Part shown: piece after piece, positions 35,355-45,523 of the stretch
How positions within the stretch are numbered: the first letter of the stretch is position 1
How the letters are laid out: each line of letters begins with the position of its first letter
DNA from: an uncultured Candidatus Rokubacteria bacterium
GTDB lineage: Bacteria > Methylomirabilota > Methylomirabilia > Rokubacteriales > CSP1-6
Length of the DNA: 64,000 bases
NCBI GenBank assembly: GCA_963762145.1
Contig: CAVXJS010000009.1
Coordinates: 160,001-224,000, forward strand
Direction of reading: 5' to 3'
Made by a program: the position numbers and the translations under genes
Notes under the pieces: generated by a model
The model's input: only the letters and a program-made list of their open reading frames with translations
What the model was told of the DNA's origin: nothing
The model's database searches: none

Positions 35355-36077
35355 TGCACGTCGATCCCCAGGTAGACGCGCTGCACCTCCGCGCTCGCCA
35401 TCACCTCGTCGGGCGCGCCGTCCATCAGCAGCCGCCCGGCGCTGATGACCGCGAGCCGGCTCACCACCGAGCGCAGCGCGTGCACGATGTGCTCGATCCA
35501 GATGATGGCCACGCCCGCGCCGTGCACGCGCCGGATCACCTCGACGAGCTCGTGCACCTCGTGCTCGCTGAGGCCGCCCGCGATCTCGTCGAGCAGCAGC
35601 ACGCGCGGTCCGGTGGCCAGCGCGCGCGCCAGCTCCAGGCGCTTGCGCTCGAGCAGGGTCAGCGCGCCCGCCCGGGTGTTGGCCTTGGCCGCGAGTCCGG
35701 CCAGCTCGAGCGCGGCCATGGACGGGCCGTAGGCCGCGCGCTCGGACGTGCCCGCCCCGAACACGCCGCCCACCAGCACGTTCTCGAACACGGTGAGCGC
35801 GTCGAACGGATGCGGGATCTGATGCGTGAGCGCGATGCCGGCGCGGCACCGCGCGTGCGGCGGGGCGCTCGTGACGTCGCGCCCCGCGAAGACGACCGCG
35901 CCCGCGCTCGGGGCGCAGGCGCCCGATCATCAGGTTGAGCGCCGTGGTCTTGCCGGCGCCGTTCGGCCCGATGACGCCGAGCGCCTCGCGCTCGCCCACC
36001 GCGAGCGTCAGCTCGTCGATGACCCGGAGCGACCCGAACCCCTTGGAGACGTTCTGCAGCGCGAGCAGCGCGGCCAT
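35351..36077 (-). CDS. HAAT ABC ATPase LivG-like, frameshifted
   Basis: GPNGAGKTT, RKRLELARALA, LLLDEIAGGL, WIEH, VQRVYLG. Confidence 0.9.
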
Positions 36078-36119
36078 CAGGGCCGGCCGGGACGGCGCCC
36101 GTCAGCCGCCCGCGGGCGC

Positions 36120-37419
36120 TCACGCCTGGCCGATGGGCCGGAGCTTCCCGGAGGCCGGGATGTTCGGCGCCGTCTTGTTGCTGACGACCACCATGTCGAA
36201 TCGGAACTCCTTGCCGCGCACCCACTGCCCGCCGACCAGCGGCGTCTTGGTGACGTTGGGCACCGGCCCCTTGCCCCAGCTGATCGGGCCCACCACCGTG
36301 TTGAGGTTGGTGGCCTTGATGGCGGCGACCACCGCGTTCTTGTCGTCCGCGGACGGGGCCCGCTTGAGCACGTCCACCGCGACCTCGAAGAGCGCGTGGG
36401 TGAAGCCGAGCGGCTGCGTCCACTGCTTCTTCGTGTCCTTGGTGTAGGCGGCGGCCAGCTCGGCGGCGCTCGCCCCGGTGAGCGAGGACTTGAACGGATG
36501 CCGCGGCGTCCACCACACCTCGGTGGACATGCCGTCGCCCAGGTCGCCGAGCGCCTCGACCGAGCGCGGGAAGAGCAGCGCCTTGCCGACCGAGGCGATC
36601 TTCGGCTTGAACCCCTGCTGGGCCGCCTGCTTCCAGAACGTCGTCCAGTCCGGCGGGATGGGCACGCCGGTCACGATCTCGACCTTCTCCTTCTTGAAGG
36701 CGGAGATCTGGGCGGAGAAGTCGTCGGAGAGATTCGGATACCGTCCGGGATCGACGAGCTTGTAGCCGGCCTTGCGCCAGCGCGGGCGGGAAGCCCCGCT
36801 GCGGGTCGCCCCACGCGTTGCCGTCGCCGTCGTTCGGCCAGAGCGCGCCGACGACCTTGTTGGTCGGCAGCGTGTTCCACATGTCCACGAAGACGCCGAT
36901 GATGTCCTCGAGGCCCCAGAAGAAGTGGTACGTGGACTTGAAGCCGGTCTCGGGCTTGCCGCCGCGGCCGAAGAACCACGGCTGCCACGGGCAGACGCTC
37001 GAGATGCAGGGCGTGCCGTTGGCCTCGCACTGGTCGGACACGGGATTCGTCGTCTCCGGCGTGCTCGACACCAGCATGAGGTCGACCTTGTCCGACAGGA
37101 TGAGGCGCGAGGCGACCTCGGCGGCGCGATTCGGGTCGGACTGGCTGTCGCGCACGAGCACGTCGACCGGAACGCTCTGCCCCCGGATGGTCAGCCCGCT
37201 CCCGACCACCTGGCGGATGCCGCCGACCACGAAGTTGTCGGTCTCGCCGAAGCCGGCCAGCGGGCCGGTCTGCGGGCTCACGTAGCCGATCTTGAGCGTC
37301 CGCGTGCCGCGCTGGGCCGCCGCCCGACCCGGCCGGATGCCGTGGAGCGCGAGGGCCGCGGCGGAGCCGCCGGCCACCCGCAGGAACTCACGCCGACCGC
37401 TCCGCCTGATCTCGGACAT
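36120..37419 (-). CDS. HAAT ABC substrate-binding protein with Tat-like signal, frameshift near 36775
   Basis: GRREFLR, KIGYVSPQTGPLAGFG, RDSQSDPNRAAEVA, PWQPWFFGR, KTPLVGGQW. Confidence 0.9.
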
Positions 37420-37441
37420 CGTCGTCCTCCTGCCGTCGGGC

Positions 37442-38430
37442 CTAGAACTGCACGGGGGCCGGCGGCATCTTGCCGCTGGCGTAGAGCGCCGGGAGCTCCG
37501 GCGAGGCGTTCTCCCACACGAGCAGCATCGAGCGCTTGGGCGAGAAGCCGCGGTGCCGGATGTCGGCGGGCATGGCGGCCACGTCGCCGGCCTTCATGGT
37601 GACGCGGGCCCGGACCGCGCCGGTGTCCCGGTCCTCCACTTCCCACTGGATCTCGTCACAGAGCTGCACGAACCACTCCACGCGGTCGTTGCCGTGGATG
37701 ATCGGCAGGATGTACTCCTCGGTGGTCGGGCAATAGAGGCTGTTCTTGCACACCGAGACCACCGAGGGGTTCCACGTCACGTCGGAGCGCGAGAGATAGG
37801 CGAAGAGGTTCACCGAGACGACCTCGTGCTCGAAGCCCGGCTCCGCGTGCACCTCGGGCGCGTCCTGCGGCACGTCGGTGAACTGGCGGTTGATCGGGAA
37901 GCCGTTGTCGTCGGTGCGGATCGGCTCGTCGCCGGGCGCGCCGATCATGCGCTTGGCGGTCACCCGGTGCCGCGTGATCGCCCGCTTGTTGCTCCCGTTC
38001 TTGGGCCCGAAGGCGCTGCCCGTCTCCGCCGGGGACGCGAAGGGATCGAACGTGGCGTTCGTCCAGTCGGCCAGGATCGCCTCGAAGAGGCGGCTGATCG
38101 CGTCGGTCTTGAAGTTCTCCGAGTAGTCGAGCCCGGCCTGCCGGTACTGGGCGTTGAAGCGGCCCGCGAAGAGATCCACGGTGCCGTAGTGGTTCACGGT
38201 CCCGATCACGGTGTCGAAGTTGACGATGCCGTAGAAGAAGCCCCACGCCACGTCGCGCTGGATCGCGCGGAGGAAGGCGTCGGCCGCGAGCATGTGGGTG
38301 CCGTTGGGCCAGCGGACGTGCACGAAGTACTCGTCGCGGCTGAACGAGAACTTGCCCAGCGTGAAGTCCTGGTAGCCGATACTGATTGGGCTCGATGCTG
38401 CCCGAGCTCGGGAAGCGTGTCGGTCGTCAT
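37442..38430 (-). CDS. Hydroquinone 1,2-dioxygenase large subunit (HapD/PnpD/HqdB-like), frameshift near 5' end
   Basis: F.LGKFSFSRDEYF, RDVAWGFFYG..NFD..IGTVNHYG, NLFAYLSRSDVTWNPSVVSVC..SLYCPTTEEYILPIIHGNDRVEWF, GDVAAMPADIRH.G.SPKRSMLLVWEN. Confidence 0.88.
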
Positions 38431-38448
38431 GGCGTCATCCTCCTCCGC

Positions 38449-38967
38449 TCAGGCCTGGGGCCGCGGCGTGGTCTGGCAGATCTCGGCCCAGCGCTCCACC
38501 GTGTCGCGGCCGGCCAGGGTCTGCAGCAGGATCACGCTCGGGCTGCGCCGCGTGGAACTGGTAGGCCGCGCCGGCGGGCAGCAGCGTCATGTGCCCGCGC
38601 CGGGCGCGCACGCGGCCCATCTTCCTGCCGGCCGGGTCGCCGGCCAGCGGAATCGAGCCCTGGCTGCCCGGCGGCACCAGCGACGGATCGTCGGGCTTGA
38701 CCAGGCGGACCTCGACCTCGCCGTCCATCACGAGCGCGAACTCGTCCTGCGCGGCCACCCGCCATCCGGACGTGCCCTCGGCTCGGATGGCCTCGATCAC
38801 GTATTCGATGTTCTTGCCGACCGCGACCTTCTCGTAGGGCTTGGCCTTCGAGGCGACCTCGAACACGTTGGAGAAGACGTAGTTCCGGGGGTCGTCCTTG
38901 ATGACCTCGACGCCGCCCTTCTCAAAGTGCTGCGAGCGAGCCGAAGCGGGTGCGGCTGTGGCGCCAT
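38449..38967 (-). CDS. Hydroquinone 1,2-dioxygenase small subunit (HapC/PnpC/HqdA-like), frameshifted
   Basis: TRFGSL, KGGVEVIKDDPRNYVFSNVFEVA..PYEKVAVGKNIEYVIE, DEF, GRKMG..RGHMTLLP.GAAYQF, VERWAEICQT; SD AAGGAG. Confidence 0.85.
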
Positions 38968-39440
38968 TGCCGTTCTCCTTTTCGCGACGCTCCCGGAGTC
39001 CGCGGCCGAGCCGCCGGCAGAGCCGGCCCAGCTCCGCCTGCTCCGCCAGGGAGAGCGCGCGCATCTCGCGCACGACGTGTTGCGCGTGGCGTGGGAAGAT
39101 CTCGCCGATCAGCCGGCGGCCCTTGTCGGTGAGCGTGACGGTGACGAACCGGCGGTCGTCGGGCCGCCGCGTCCGGCGCACGAGCCCCCGCCGGGCGAGA
39201 TTGCCGACCACGACGGTGGTGTTGCCGCCGCTGCGCAGGAGCTTCCGCCCGAGATCGCGCTGGCAGAGGGGACCCAGGTGCAGGAGGGCCTCCAGGGCGC
39301 CGAACTGGCCGACGGTCAGGTCGGCCGCCCGCATCAGCGGGCTCGAGGCGGGCCGTCACCGACTCGGCGGCGCGCATGAGCTTGATGTAGGCGTCGAGCG
39401 CCGCCTTCTCCTCCGCGCTGCCGCGGTAGTGGGTCGCCAT
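38922..39440 (-). CDS. MarR-family repressor (MhqR-like), frameshift near 39335; 3' end uncertain
   Basis: AYIKLMRA, LTVGQFGALEALLHLGPLCQ..LGRKLLRSGGNTTVVV..L..RGLVRR..DDRR..VTLTDKG..IFPRHA. Confidence 0.85.
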   Translation of the reverse strand: MATHYRGSAEEKAALDAYIKLMRAAESVTARLEPADAGGRPDRRPVRRPGGPPAPGSPLPARSRAEAPAQRRQHHRRGRQSRPAGARAPDAAARRPPVRHRHAHRQGPPADRRDLPTPRATRRARDARALPGGAGGAGPALPAARPRTPGASRKGERQWRHSRTRFGSLAAL

Positions 39441-39492
39441 AGTTTCAACTTGAACCGTTGTCTTACTAACGCCGCGCGCCCGGCCTTGTCAA
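39441..39492 (-). promoter_or_regulatory. Promoter (-35 TTGACA) and palindromic operator for the marR-dioxygenase operon
   Basis: Minus strand TTGACA at 39487-92; TTCAA-N-TTGAA inverted repeat at 39444-39454 just before the ATG. Confidence 0.55.
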
Positions 39493-39505
39493 GGGCCCCC
39501 GCGCT

Positions 39506-39591
39506 CCCTCACCCTGCCCTCTCCCCAGAGGGGAGAGGGAGAATCGCGCTCGTCACCCTCTCCCCGCTGGGGAGAGGGCCGGGGTGAGGGG
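39506..39591. repeat. REP/BoxC-like palindromic element, inverted doublet
   Basis: CCCTCACCCTGCCCTCTCCCCAGAGGGGAGAGGG..CCCTCTCCCCGCTGGGGAGAGGGCCGGGGTGAGGGG, same family as 32668-32756. Confidence 0.85.
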
Positions 39592-40452
39592 CTACGCCTC
39601 CACCGCGAAGCGCCACGCGTCGCGGTGGCTCACGATGCGGCCCGCGGTCGGGTGGTGGAAATGCGTGCCCAGCACGGTCACGGGCCGATCGCCGTAGCGG
39701 GCGCAGAAGGCGCGCCGGGTCTGCTGCGCGGCGGCGGGGTCGGTGTCGAAGGTGGTCTGCCAGGTGGGCTCCGCGATCTGGACCGGGTGGTGCATGAGGT
39801 CGCCGGTGATGACCGCGTCCGCGCCGCCCGAGGCGAGGCGCACGCTGACGTGCCCGGGCGTGTGGCCGGGGGTCGGCTCGAGCCGGATCTCGTCGGTGAC
39901 CTGGTGGTCCATGTCCACGAGCTCGGCGAGGCCCGCGTCGAGCACCGGGGCGACGCTGTCGCCCATGATGCGCTGCGTGCCCTCCTCGTTCTCGCCGGTC
40001 CAGTGCTCCCACTCGCGCCGCGCGAAGAGGTAGCGCGCGCGGGGGAAGGTCGGAACCCACCGCCCGTTGTCGAGGCGCGTGTTCCAGCCGACGTGATCCA
40101 CGTGCAGGTGCGTGCAGATCACCACGTCGACCGCCTCGGGCGCGACGCCGGCCGCCTTCAGCGTGTCGAGGAAGCCGGTGCGCAGCATGTGGAAGGGCCG
40201 GCGGCCGCCCCGGTCCTTGTCGTTGCCGATACAGGTGTCCACCAGCAGCGTGAGATCGGGCGTCTTCACCACGAAGGTGTGCACGCTCTGGAGCAGCCGG
40301 CCCTCCGCGTCGAGGAAGTGCGGGGCGAGCCAGTCGCGGTGACGATCCAGCGCCTCCGGGGTCGCGCCGGGGAAGAGCCACGTGGCCCGTGTGGGGCCCG
40401 CGGTCTCGACGACCGCGCCGACGCGGAGACGGCCGACCGTGATGTCGCGCAT
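39592..40452 (-). CDS. MBL-fold metallo-hydrolase (lactonase/YtnP-like)
   Basis: LVDTCIGN, THLHVDHVGWN, PTFPRARY, TPGHTPGH, GDLMHHP, GTHF. Confidence 0.9.
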   Translation of the reverse strand: MRDITVGRLRVGAVVETAGPTRATWLFPGATPEALDRHRDWLAPHFLDAEGRLLQSVHTFVVKTPDLTLLVDTCIGNDKDRGGRRPFHMLRTGFLDTLKAAGVAPEAVDVVICTHLHVDHVGWNTRLDNGRWVPTFPRARYLFARREWEHWTGENEEGTQRIMGDSVAPVLDAGLAELVDMDHQVTDEIRLEPTPGHTPGHVSVRLASGGADAVITGDLMHHPVQIAEPTWQTTFDTDPAAAQQTRRAFCARYGDRPVTVLGTHFHHPTAGRIVSHRDAWRFAVEA

Positions 40453-40566
40453 CGCGCGCGGATTGTATCACCGGGGACAGCCCTGCCGGGGGGAGAGCCT
40501 GCCGGGGACCCGCCCGATCGTGTATACTCCGGCCCGCATCGCCTCTCACACCCGGAGCGAGCCACG

Positions 40567-40986
40567 ATGGCCACGACGAGCCTCGACCGCGCGACGCTGC
40601 GCGAGCTGACGATCCGCTTCACCGACGCGTTCAACCGCGACGACCTCCCCGGCGTGCTGGCGATGATGGCCGAGGACGCGGTGTACGAGGAGTTCAGCGG
40701 CACCGTGAGCCGCGGCCGGGCGGCGATCCGGACCGCCTTCGAGCCCCAGTTCCGGGGCGACTTCGGCAAGATCCGCTTCGAGACCGAGGACCTCTTCGTG
40801 GACGAGAGCGCCGGACGCGCGCTCATTCGATGGGTCTGCCGGCTCGAGACCCGGCGCGGGCCGGCGGCCTGGCGGGGCCTCGACATCCTCCACTTCGACC
40901 ACGGCCTGGTGACGCGGAAGCTGACCTACGCGAAGGCGAAGGTGCCGCTCCTGGGCGAGACGCCGCACCACGGCGGGAAGGCCTGA
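40567..40986 (+). CDS. SnoaL/NTF2-like protein
   Basis: RFTDAFNRDDL..MAEDAVYE..GRAAIR..WRGLDILHF. Confidence 0.8.
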   Translation: MATTSLDRATLRELTIRFTDAFNRDDLPGVLAMMAEDAVYEEFSGTVSRGRAAIRTAFEPQFRGDFGKIRFETEDLFVDESAGRALIRWVCRLETRRGPAAWRGLDILHFDHGLVTRKLTYAKAKVPLLGETPHHGGKA

Positions 40987-40990
40987 CGCG

Positions 40991-41815
40991 ATGGGACAGC
41001 TCGACGGCAAGGTGGCGATCGTCACGGGATCGGGGCGCGGCATCGGCCAGCAGGTCGCCCTGCGGCTGGCGCGCGACGGCGCGGCGGTGGTGGTCAACGA
41101 TCTCGACGACGCGCCCGCCAAGGAGACGATCGGCCTCATCGAGAAGATGGGCGGGCGCGCGGTCGCCTGCAACGGCGACGTGACCGCGAAGGACTTCGGC
41201 GACCGGATCGTGGACGTCGCGGTCAAGCAGCTCGGCGGTCTCCACGTCGTCGTGAACAACGCGGGCTACACGTGGGACAACGTCATCCAGAAGATGACCG
41301 ACGAGCAGTGGTACGCGATCATGGACGTCCACGTGACCGCGCCCTTCCGCATCCTGCGCGCCTTCGCGCCGTACCTCCGCTCCCAGTACGAAGCCGAGGC
41401 CAAGCGGGGCGAGCGGATCGTGAGGAAGGTCGTCCAGGTCTCCTCCACCTCCGGCGTGCGCGGCAACGCGGGCCAGGTCAACTACTCCTCCGCGAAGGCG
41501 GCGGTGACCGGCATGACCCGCACCCTCGCCAAGGAGTGGGGCCGTTACGCGGTCACCGTGAACTGCGTGGCCTTCGGCTACGTGCAGACGCGGCTGACCA
41601 AGCCGCTCGCCGAGGGCGAGGCCGGGACGATCGAGGTCGCCGGCCGCCAGGTGAAGGTCGGCGTGCAGGGCGCGCGCATCGCGGCCATGAACCAGATGAT
41701 CCCGCTCGGCCGCGGCGGCCTGCCCGAGGAAGCGGCGGGCGCGATCTATCTCTTCTGCAGCCCGGACAGCGACTTCGTCAGCGGCCAGACGCTCGTCGTC
41801 ACCGGCGGCGCCTAG
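40991..41815 (+). CDS. SDR oxidoreductase (FabG-like)
   Basis: TGSGRGIG, NNAG, NYSSAK, IPLGRGG. Confidence 0.92.
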   Translation: MGQLDGKVAIVTGSGRGIGQQVALRLARDGAAVVVNDLDDAPAKETIGLIEKMGGRAVACNGDVTAKDFGDRIVDVAVKQLGGLHVVVNNAGYTWDNVIQKMTDEQWYAIMDVHVTAPFRILRAFAPYLRSQYEAEAKRGERIVRKVVQVSSTSGVRGNAGQVNYSSAKAAVTGMTRTLAKEWGRYAVTVNCVAFGYVQTRLTKPLAEGEAGTIEVAGRQVKVGVQGARIAAMNQMIPLGRGGLPEEAAGAIYLFCSPDSDFVSGQTLVVTGGA

Positions 41816-41829
41816 CCCGGAGGTCGCCC

Positions 41830-43026
41830 GTGTCCGGTCCGCTCAGCGGCGTGCGTGTCGTGGACTGCACGACGGTGGTGCTCGGCCCCTGGGCGGCCCA
41901 GCAGCTCGGCGACCTGGGCGCCGACGTGATCAAGGTCGAGCCGCCCGAGGGCGACACCACGCGCCAGCTCGGCCCCATGAAGAACCCGGGCATGGGCGCC
42001 TTCTACCTGGCGGTCAACCGCAACAAGCGCTCGATCGTGCTCGACCTCAAGCAGGAGGCCGCCCGCCGCGTGCTGCTCCGCCTGGCCGGCAACGCCGACG
42101 TGCTGCTGCACAACTACCGCCCGCAGGCCGCGCGGCGGCTCGGCATGTCCTACGAGGTCTTCCGAGCGGCCAACCCGGGCCTGGTCTACGTCGGCACCTA
42201 CGGCTTCCGCGCCTCGGGTCCCTACGGCGACAAGCCCGCCTACGACGACATCATCCAGGCCGCGTCCGGGGTCGCGTCGCTCCAGGCCTCGATCATGGGC
42301 GAGCCGCGCTACGTGCCGACGATCGTGGCGGACAAGTCGAGCTCGATGACGGTGCTGGCCGCGGTGCTCGCCGCGCTCTACCACAAGGCGCGCACCGGCG
42401 AGGGCCAGGAGGTCGAGGTGCCGATGTTCGAGTCGATGGCCGCGTGGGTGATGGTGGAGCACCTCTACGGGGAGACGTTCGTGCCGCCCGCCGACACCAT
42501 CGGCTACAAGCGGATCCTGAATCCGAACCGGCGCCCGTTCAAGACCAAGGACGGCTACCTCGCGATCCTCCCCTACACCGACCAGAACTGGCGGGACTTC
42601 TTCACGCTCACCGGCCGCCAGGACCTGCTCGACGATCCGCGCTACAAGACGCTCGGCACGCGGCTGCGCCACATCGAGGGCCTCTACGCCGAGGTCGGCA
42701 AGCTCGCGCTGACCCGCACCAACGCCGAGTGGCTCACCGAGCTCGACCGGCGGAATATCCCGGCGATGAGCGTCAACACGCTGGAGTCGCTGCTGCACGA
42801 CCCGCACCTCGAGGCGGTCGGCTTCTGGCAGATGGTGGACCACCCGACCGAGGGCCCGCTGCGTCTGCCCGGCCTGCCCGCCACCTACGGCAAGACGCCG
42901 GGCGCGATCCGCCGGCTGCCCCCGCGCCTGGGCGAGCACAGCGAGGAGATCCTGCGCGAGGCGGGCCTGCCAGCCGACGAGATCACCGCGCTCCTGTCCT
43001 GCGGCGCCACGCGCACCCCCAAGTAA
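41830..43026 (+). CDS. Family III CoA-transferase (CaiB/BaiF)
   Basis: GPLSGVRVVD, LGADVIKVEPPEGD, NRNKRSIVLDLK, GPYGDKPAYDDIIQA, PRLGEHS. Confidence 0.92.
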   Translation: MSGPLSGVRVVDCTTVVLGPWAAQQLGDLGADVIKVEPPEGDTTRQLGPMKNPGMGAFYLAVNRNKRSIVLDLKQEAARRVLLRLAGNADVLLHNYRPQAARRLGMSYEVFRAANPGLVYVGTYGFRASGPYGDKPAYDDIIQAASGVASLQASIMGEPRYVPTIVADKSSSMTVLAAVLAALYHKARTGEGQEVEVPMFESMAAWVMVEHLYGETFVPPADTIGYKRILNPNRRPFKTKDGYLAILPYTDQNWRDFFTLTGRQDLLDDPRYKTLGTRLRHIEGLYAEVGKLALTRTNAEWLTELDRRNIPAMSVNTLESLLHDPHLEAVGFWQMVDHPTEGPLRLPGLPATYGKTPGAIRRLPPRLGEHSEEILREAGLPADEITALLSCGATRTPK

Positions 43027-43061
43027 CCCTCTCCCCTTTGGGGAGAGGGCAGGGTGAGGGG
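43027..43061. repeat. Single REP/BoxC-like hairpin between convergent genes
   Basis: CCCTCTCCCCTTTGGGGAGAGGGCAGGGTGAGGGG. Confidence 0.85.
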
Positions 43062-43068
43062 AAGCAGG

Positions 43069-43560
43069 TCACCGCGTCAGCCGAAGCAGCAGCAGGTTCC
43101 CGAACGCCCCCTGCTTGAGGCCCACTCGTTCGAACCCGAGCTTCTCCAGCACCCGCACCGAAGCGACATTGATCTCGTCCACGTCGGCCACGATCTCCTC
43201 GAATCCCGGTTGCGTGCGCGCATGCGCGATCGCCGCGCGTGCCATCTCCGTCGCGACTCCGCGGCCCGTCCAGCGCTCGAGCAGCGCGTAGAGGAGCTGC
43301 GGCTCCGGGAAGCTCGGCGCGATCCAGAAGCCGCAGAAGCCCACCAGCTCGCCGGTCTCCCGGTCGTGGGCCAGCCAGATCGTGACGCCGCGCTGCTCCA
43401 GCAGCACCTCGCTCTCCCGCACCCGCGCCTCGCTCCACTCCCGCGGGAACACCTGACCGTCCATCATGTAGCGCCGGACGTGCTCGTCCTGCACGAGCCG
43501 GTGGAACGCGTCGAGGCCGGCGGGGTCGAGAGGCCGGTACGAGAGCCGGTCGGACTGCAT
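43069..43560 (-). CDS. GNAT acetyltransferase (RimJ/RimL-like)
   Basis: LVGFCG, WTGRGVATE, NVASVRVLEKLGF. Confidence 0.88.
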   Translation of the reverse strand: MQSDRLSYRPLDPAGLDAFHRLVQDEHVRRYMMDGQVFPREWSEARVRESEVLLEQRGVTIWLAHDRETGELVGFCGFWIAPSFPEPQLLYALLERWTGRGVATEMARAAIAHARTQPGFEEIVADVDEINVASVRVLEKLGFERVGLKQGAFGNLLLLRLTR

Positions 43561-43577
43561 GGCTCCGCGCCGGTCGC

Positions 43578-43874
43578 TCAGGCGAGGGATCCGAGCCGCA
43601 GCGCCCAGGGCGTGACGCGGACGACGCGCAGGAGATCGGTGACCGCCCACGGATCCGCCGCGAGCCGGGCGCGGATCTCCTCCTCGCTCGCGGCGCGGAT
43701 GATCAGCAGCACGTCGGGCGTCCCGTCCAGCGGGCCGCCGAGCGCCACGAACCCTTCCCTCGCGAGGCCGTTCATGAAGGCCGCGTGCGCGCCCCAGTCG
43801 GGCTGGCCCTCCAGGGGCTGACCGTCCCGCCACGCGGGGCCACGCGTGCGGATCACCGCGAAGAGCGTCGACAT
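43578..43874 (-). CDS. YciI-like protein
   Basis: MSTLFAVIRTRGPAW..HAAFM..LGGPL..LAADPW. Confidence 0.75.
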   Translation of the reverse strand: MSTLFAVIRTRGPAWRDGQPLEGQPDWGAHAAFMNGLAREGFVALGGPLDGTPDVLLIIRAASEEEIRARLAADPWAVTDLLRVVRVTPWALRLGSLA

Positions 43875-43891
43875 GCTTCTGCCGCGCGGGG

Positions 43892-45508
43892 CTACACCGC
43901 CATCACGATGCCGTCGCGGCCGGGGTCCGCGCCGCCGTCGAGGCCGTCGGGGTGCACGCGGATGGCGTGGACCGCCGCGAACCCGTAGGTCTCGGGGCTG
44001 CGGACGACCTCGTAGCCCATGCCCGTGAGCTCGCGCTCGACCCCGCGCGGGATGCGGTTGCACACGTCGATGGCGTTGCTGGTGGCCGAGAAGCGGGGCG
44101 CGCTCACCGCCTCCACCATCGTCATCTCGAAGTCGAGCGCGTTGAGCAGGACCTGGAGCACGCCCATCGCGATCTGCGTCGCGCCGGGCGCGCCGATGAT
44201 GAGGTGCGGGCGATCCGCCTCCCACGCGATCGAGGGCACCACCGAGCTGAAGCGCGCCTTGCCGGGGGCCAGGCTGCCCGCGCGTCCGGGCCGCGGGTCG
44301 AACACGCCCATGCAGCCGTTGTACATGAACCCGAGCCCCGGGGTGACCACGCCCGAGGGCATGCCGAGCGAGTGGGTCATCGTCACGCACCCGCCATCGG
44401 CGTCGATGACCGAGACGTGGGTGGTGTCCTTGACCGGCGCGCCCTGGTTGAGGCGCACGACCTCGGCCTTCTTGCCGGCCCGGATCTCCGCGGCCAGCTC
44501 GGCCGCGTACGCCTTGCCCGCGAGGCGCTCCACCGGCACCTCGACGAAGCGCGGATCGCCCACGTACCGGTCCTTGTCCACGGTGGCCCGCTTCATCGCC
44601 TCCGCGACCACGCGGATGTACTCCGCCGAGTTGTGCTCGAGCTGGGCCAGCGGGAAGTGCTCGAGGACGTTCAGCATCTCGAGCAGCATCACGCCGCCGC
44701 CGGGCGGCTGGTTGCTCGAGACACGATAGCGCCGGTACGCGCTCCAGAGCGGCGCGTTGCGCGTGGTGTGCCAGGCGCGCAGGTCCGCCTCGGTCAGGAG
44801 ACCGCCGTGCGCCTTCAGGTCCTCCACGATCGCGTGCGCGATCTCGCCCTCGTAGAACACGGTGTCGCCGTGCTTGGCGATCAGCCGGAGCGTCTGGCCG
44901 AGGTCGCGGTTCACGACCTGGTCGCCCACGCGCTTCGGGGTGCCGTCGGGCCGGCAGTAGAGCGCACGCGAGGCCGGCGTGAACGTGAGCCGCTCGTGGT
45001 TGGCCGCGCGCCCCATCTGCCCCTCCTCGGCCCACCAGGACCCCACATCGGGGCGCACCGTCCAGCCGCCCTCCGCCCAGCCGATCGCGGGCTCCAGGAT
45101 CTGCTCCCACGGCAGCCGCCCGTGCTCGCGGTGGGCGTCGCGGTAGGCGCGCAGGCTGGCCGGCGCGCAGATGGCCTGGTAGCCGATGTCGTTCACGCGC
45201 CCGCGCAGGATGAAGCCGTAGCCGTCGCGCGCCTCGGACTCGATGCGGTCGGCCCACATGTCGGGGCGCGTGGCGAGCGGAGCCGGTGCGTGGAAGTCGA
45301 TGTAGCCGTGGAACCCCTTGGCGGGCATCGCGATGCCGCAGCTGCCGAAGCCGGCGATGCCGCACATCAGCGGGTCCACCACGCCCTGCACGAAGGCGCA
45401 GGCGAGCGCGGCGTCCACCGCGTTCCCGCCCGCCTTCAGGATCTCCGCCCCGGCCTCCACCGCCTCCGGCTGGGCGGCCACGATCATCGCGCGCTTGTGG
45501 TATCGCAT
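43892..45508 (-). CDS. ggt: Gamma-glutamyltransferase (Ntn hydrolase)
   Basis: GGNAVDAA, PPGGG, nucleophile DTTHVS, PGKARFSS, GAPG, GGADPGRDG. Confidence 0.9.
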   Translation of the reverse strand: MRYHKRAMIVAAQPEAVEAGAEILKAGGNAVDAALACAFVQGVVDPLMCGIAGFGSCGIAMPAKGFHGYIDFHAPAPLATRPDMWADRIESEARDGYGFILRGRVNDIGYQAICAPASLRAYRDAHREHGRLPWEQILEPAIGWAEGGWTVRPDVGSWWAEEGQMGRAANHERLTFTPASRALYCRPDGTPKRVGDQVVNRDLGQTLRLIAKHGDTVFYEGEIAHAIVEDLKAHGGLLTEADLRAWHTTRNAPLWSAYRRYRVSSNQPPGGGVMLLEMLNVLEHFPLAQLEHNSAEYIRVVAEAMKRATVDKDRYVGDPRFVEVPVERLAGKAYAAELAAEIRAGKKAEVVRLNQGAPVKDTTHVSVIDADGGCVTMTHSLGMPSGVVTPGLGFMYNGCMGVFDPRPGRAGSLAPGKARFSSVVPSIAWEADRPHLIIGAPGATQIAMGVLQVLLNALDFEMTMVEAVSAPRFSATSNAIDVCNRIPRGVERELTGMGYEVVRSPETYGFAAVHAIRVHPDGLDGGADPGRDGIVMAV

Positions 45509-45523
45509 GCGGTTCTCCTGGTC

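Noticed and set aside
38435-39334. Apparent MarR-dioxygenase small subunit fusion
   Set aside because: An SD and ATG at 38967 and the conserved TRFGSL in another frame indicate two indels; treated as separate genes pending read check
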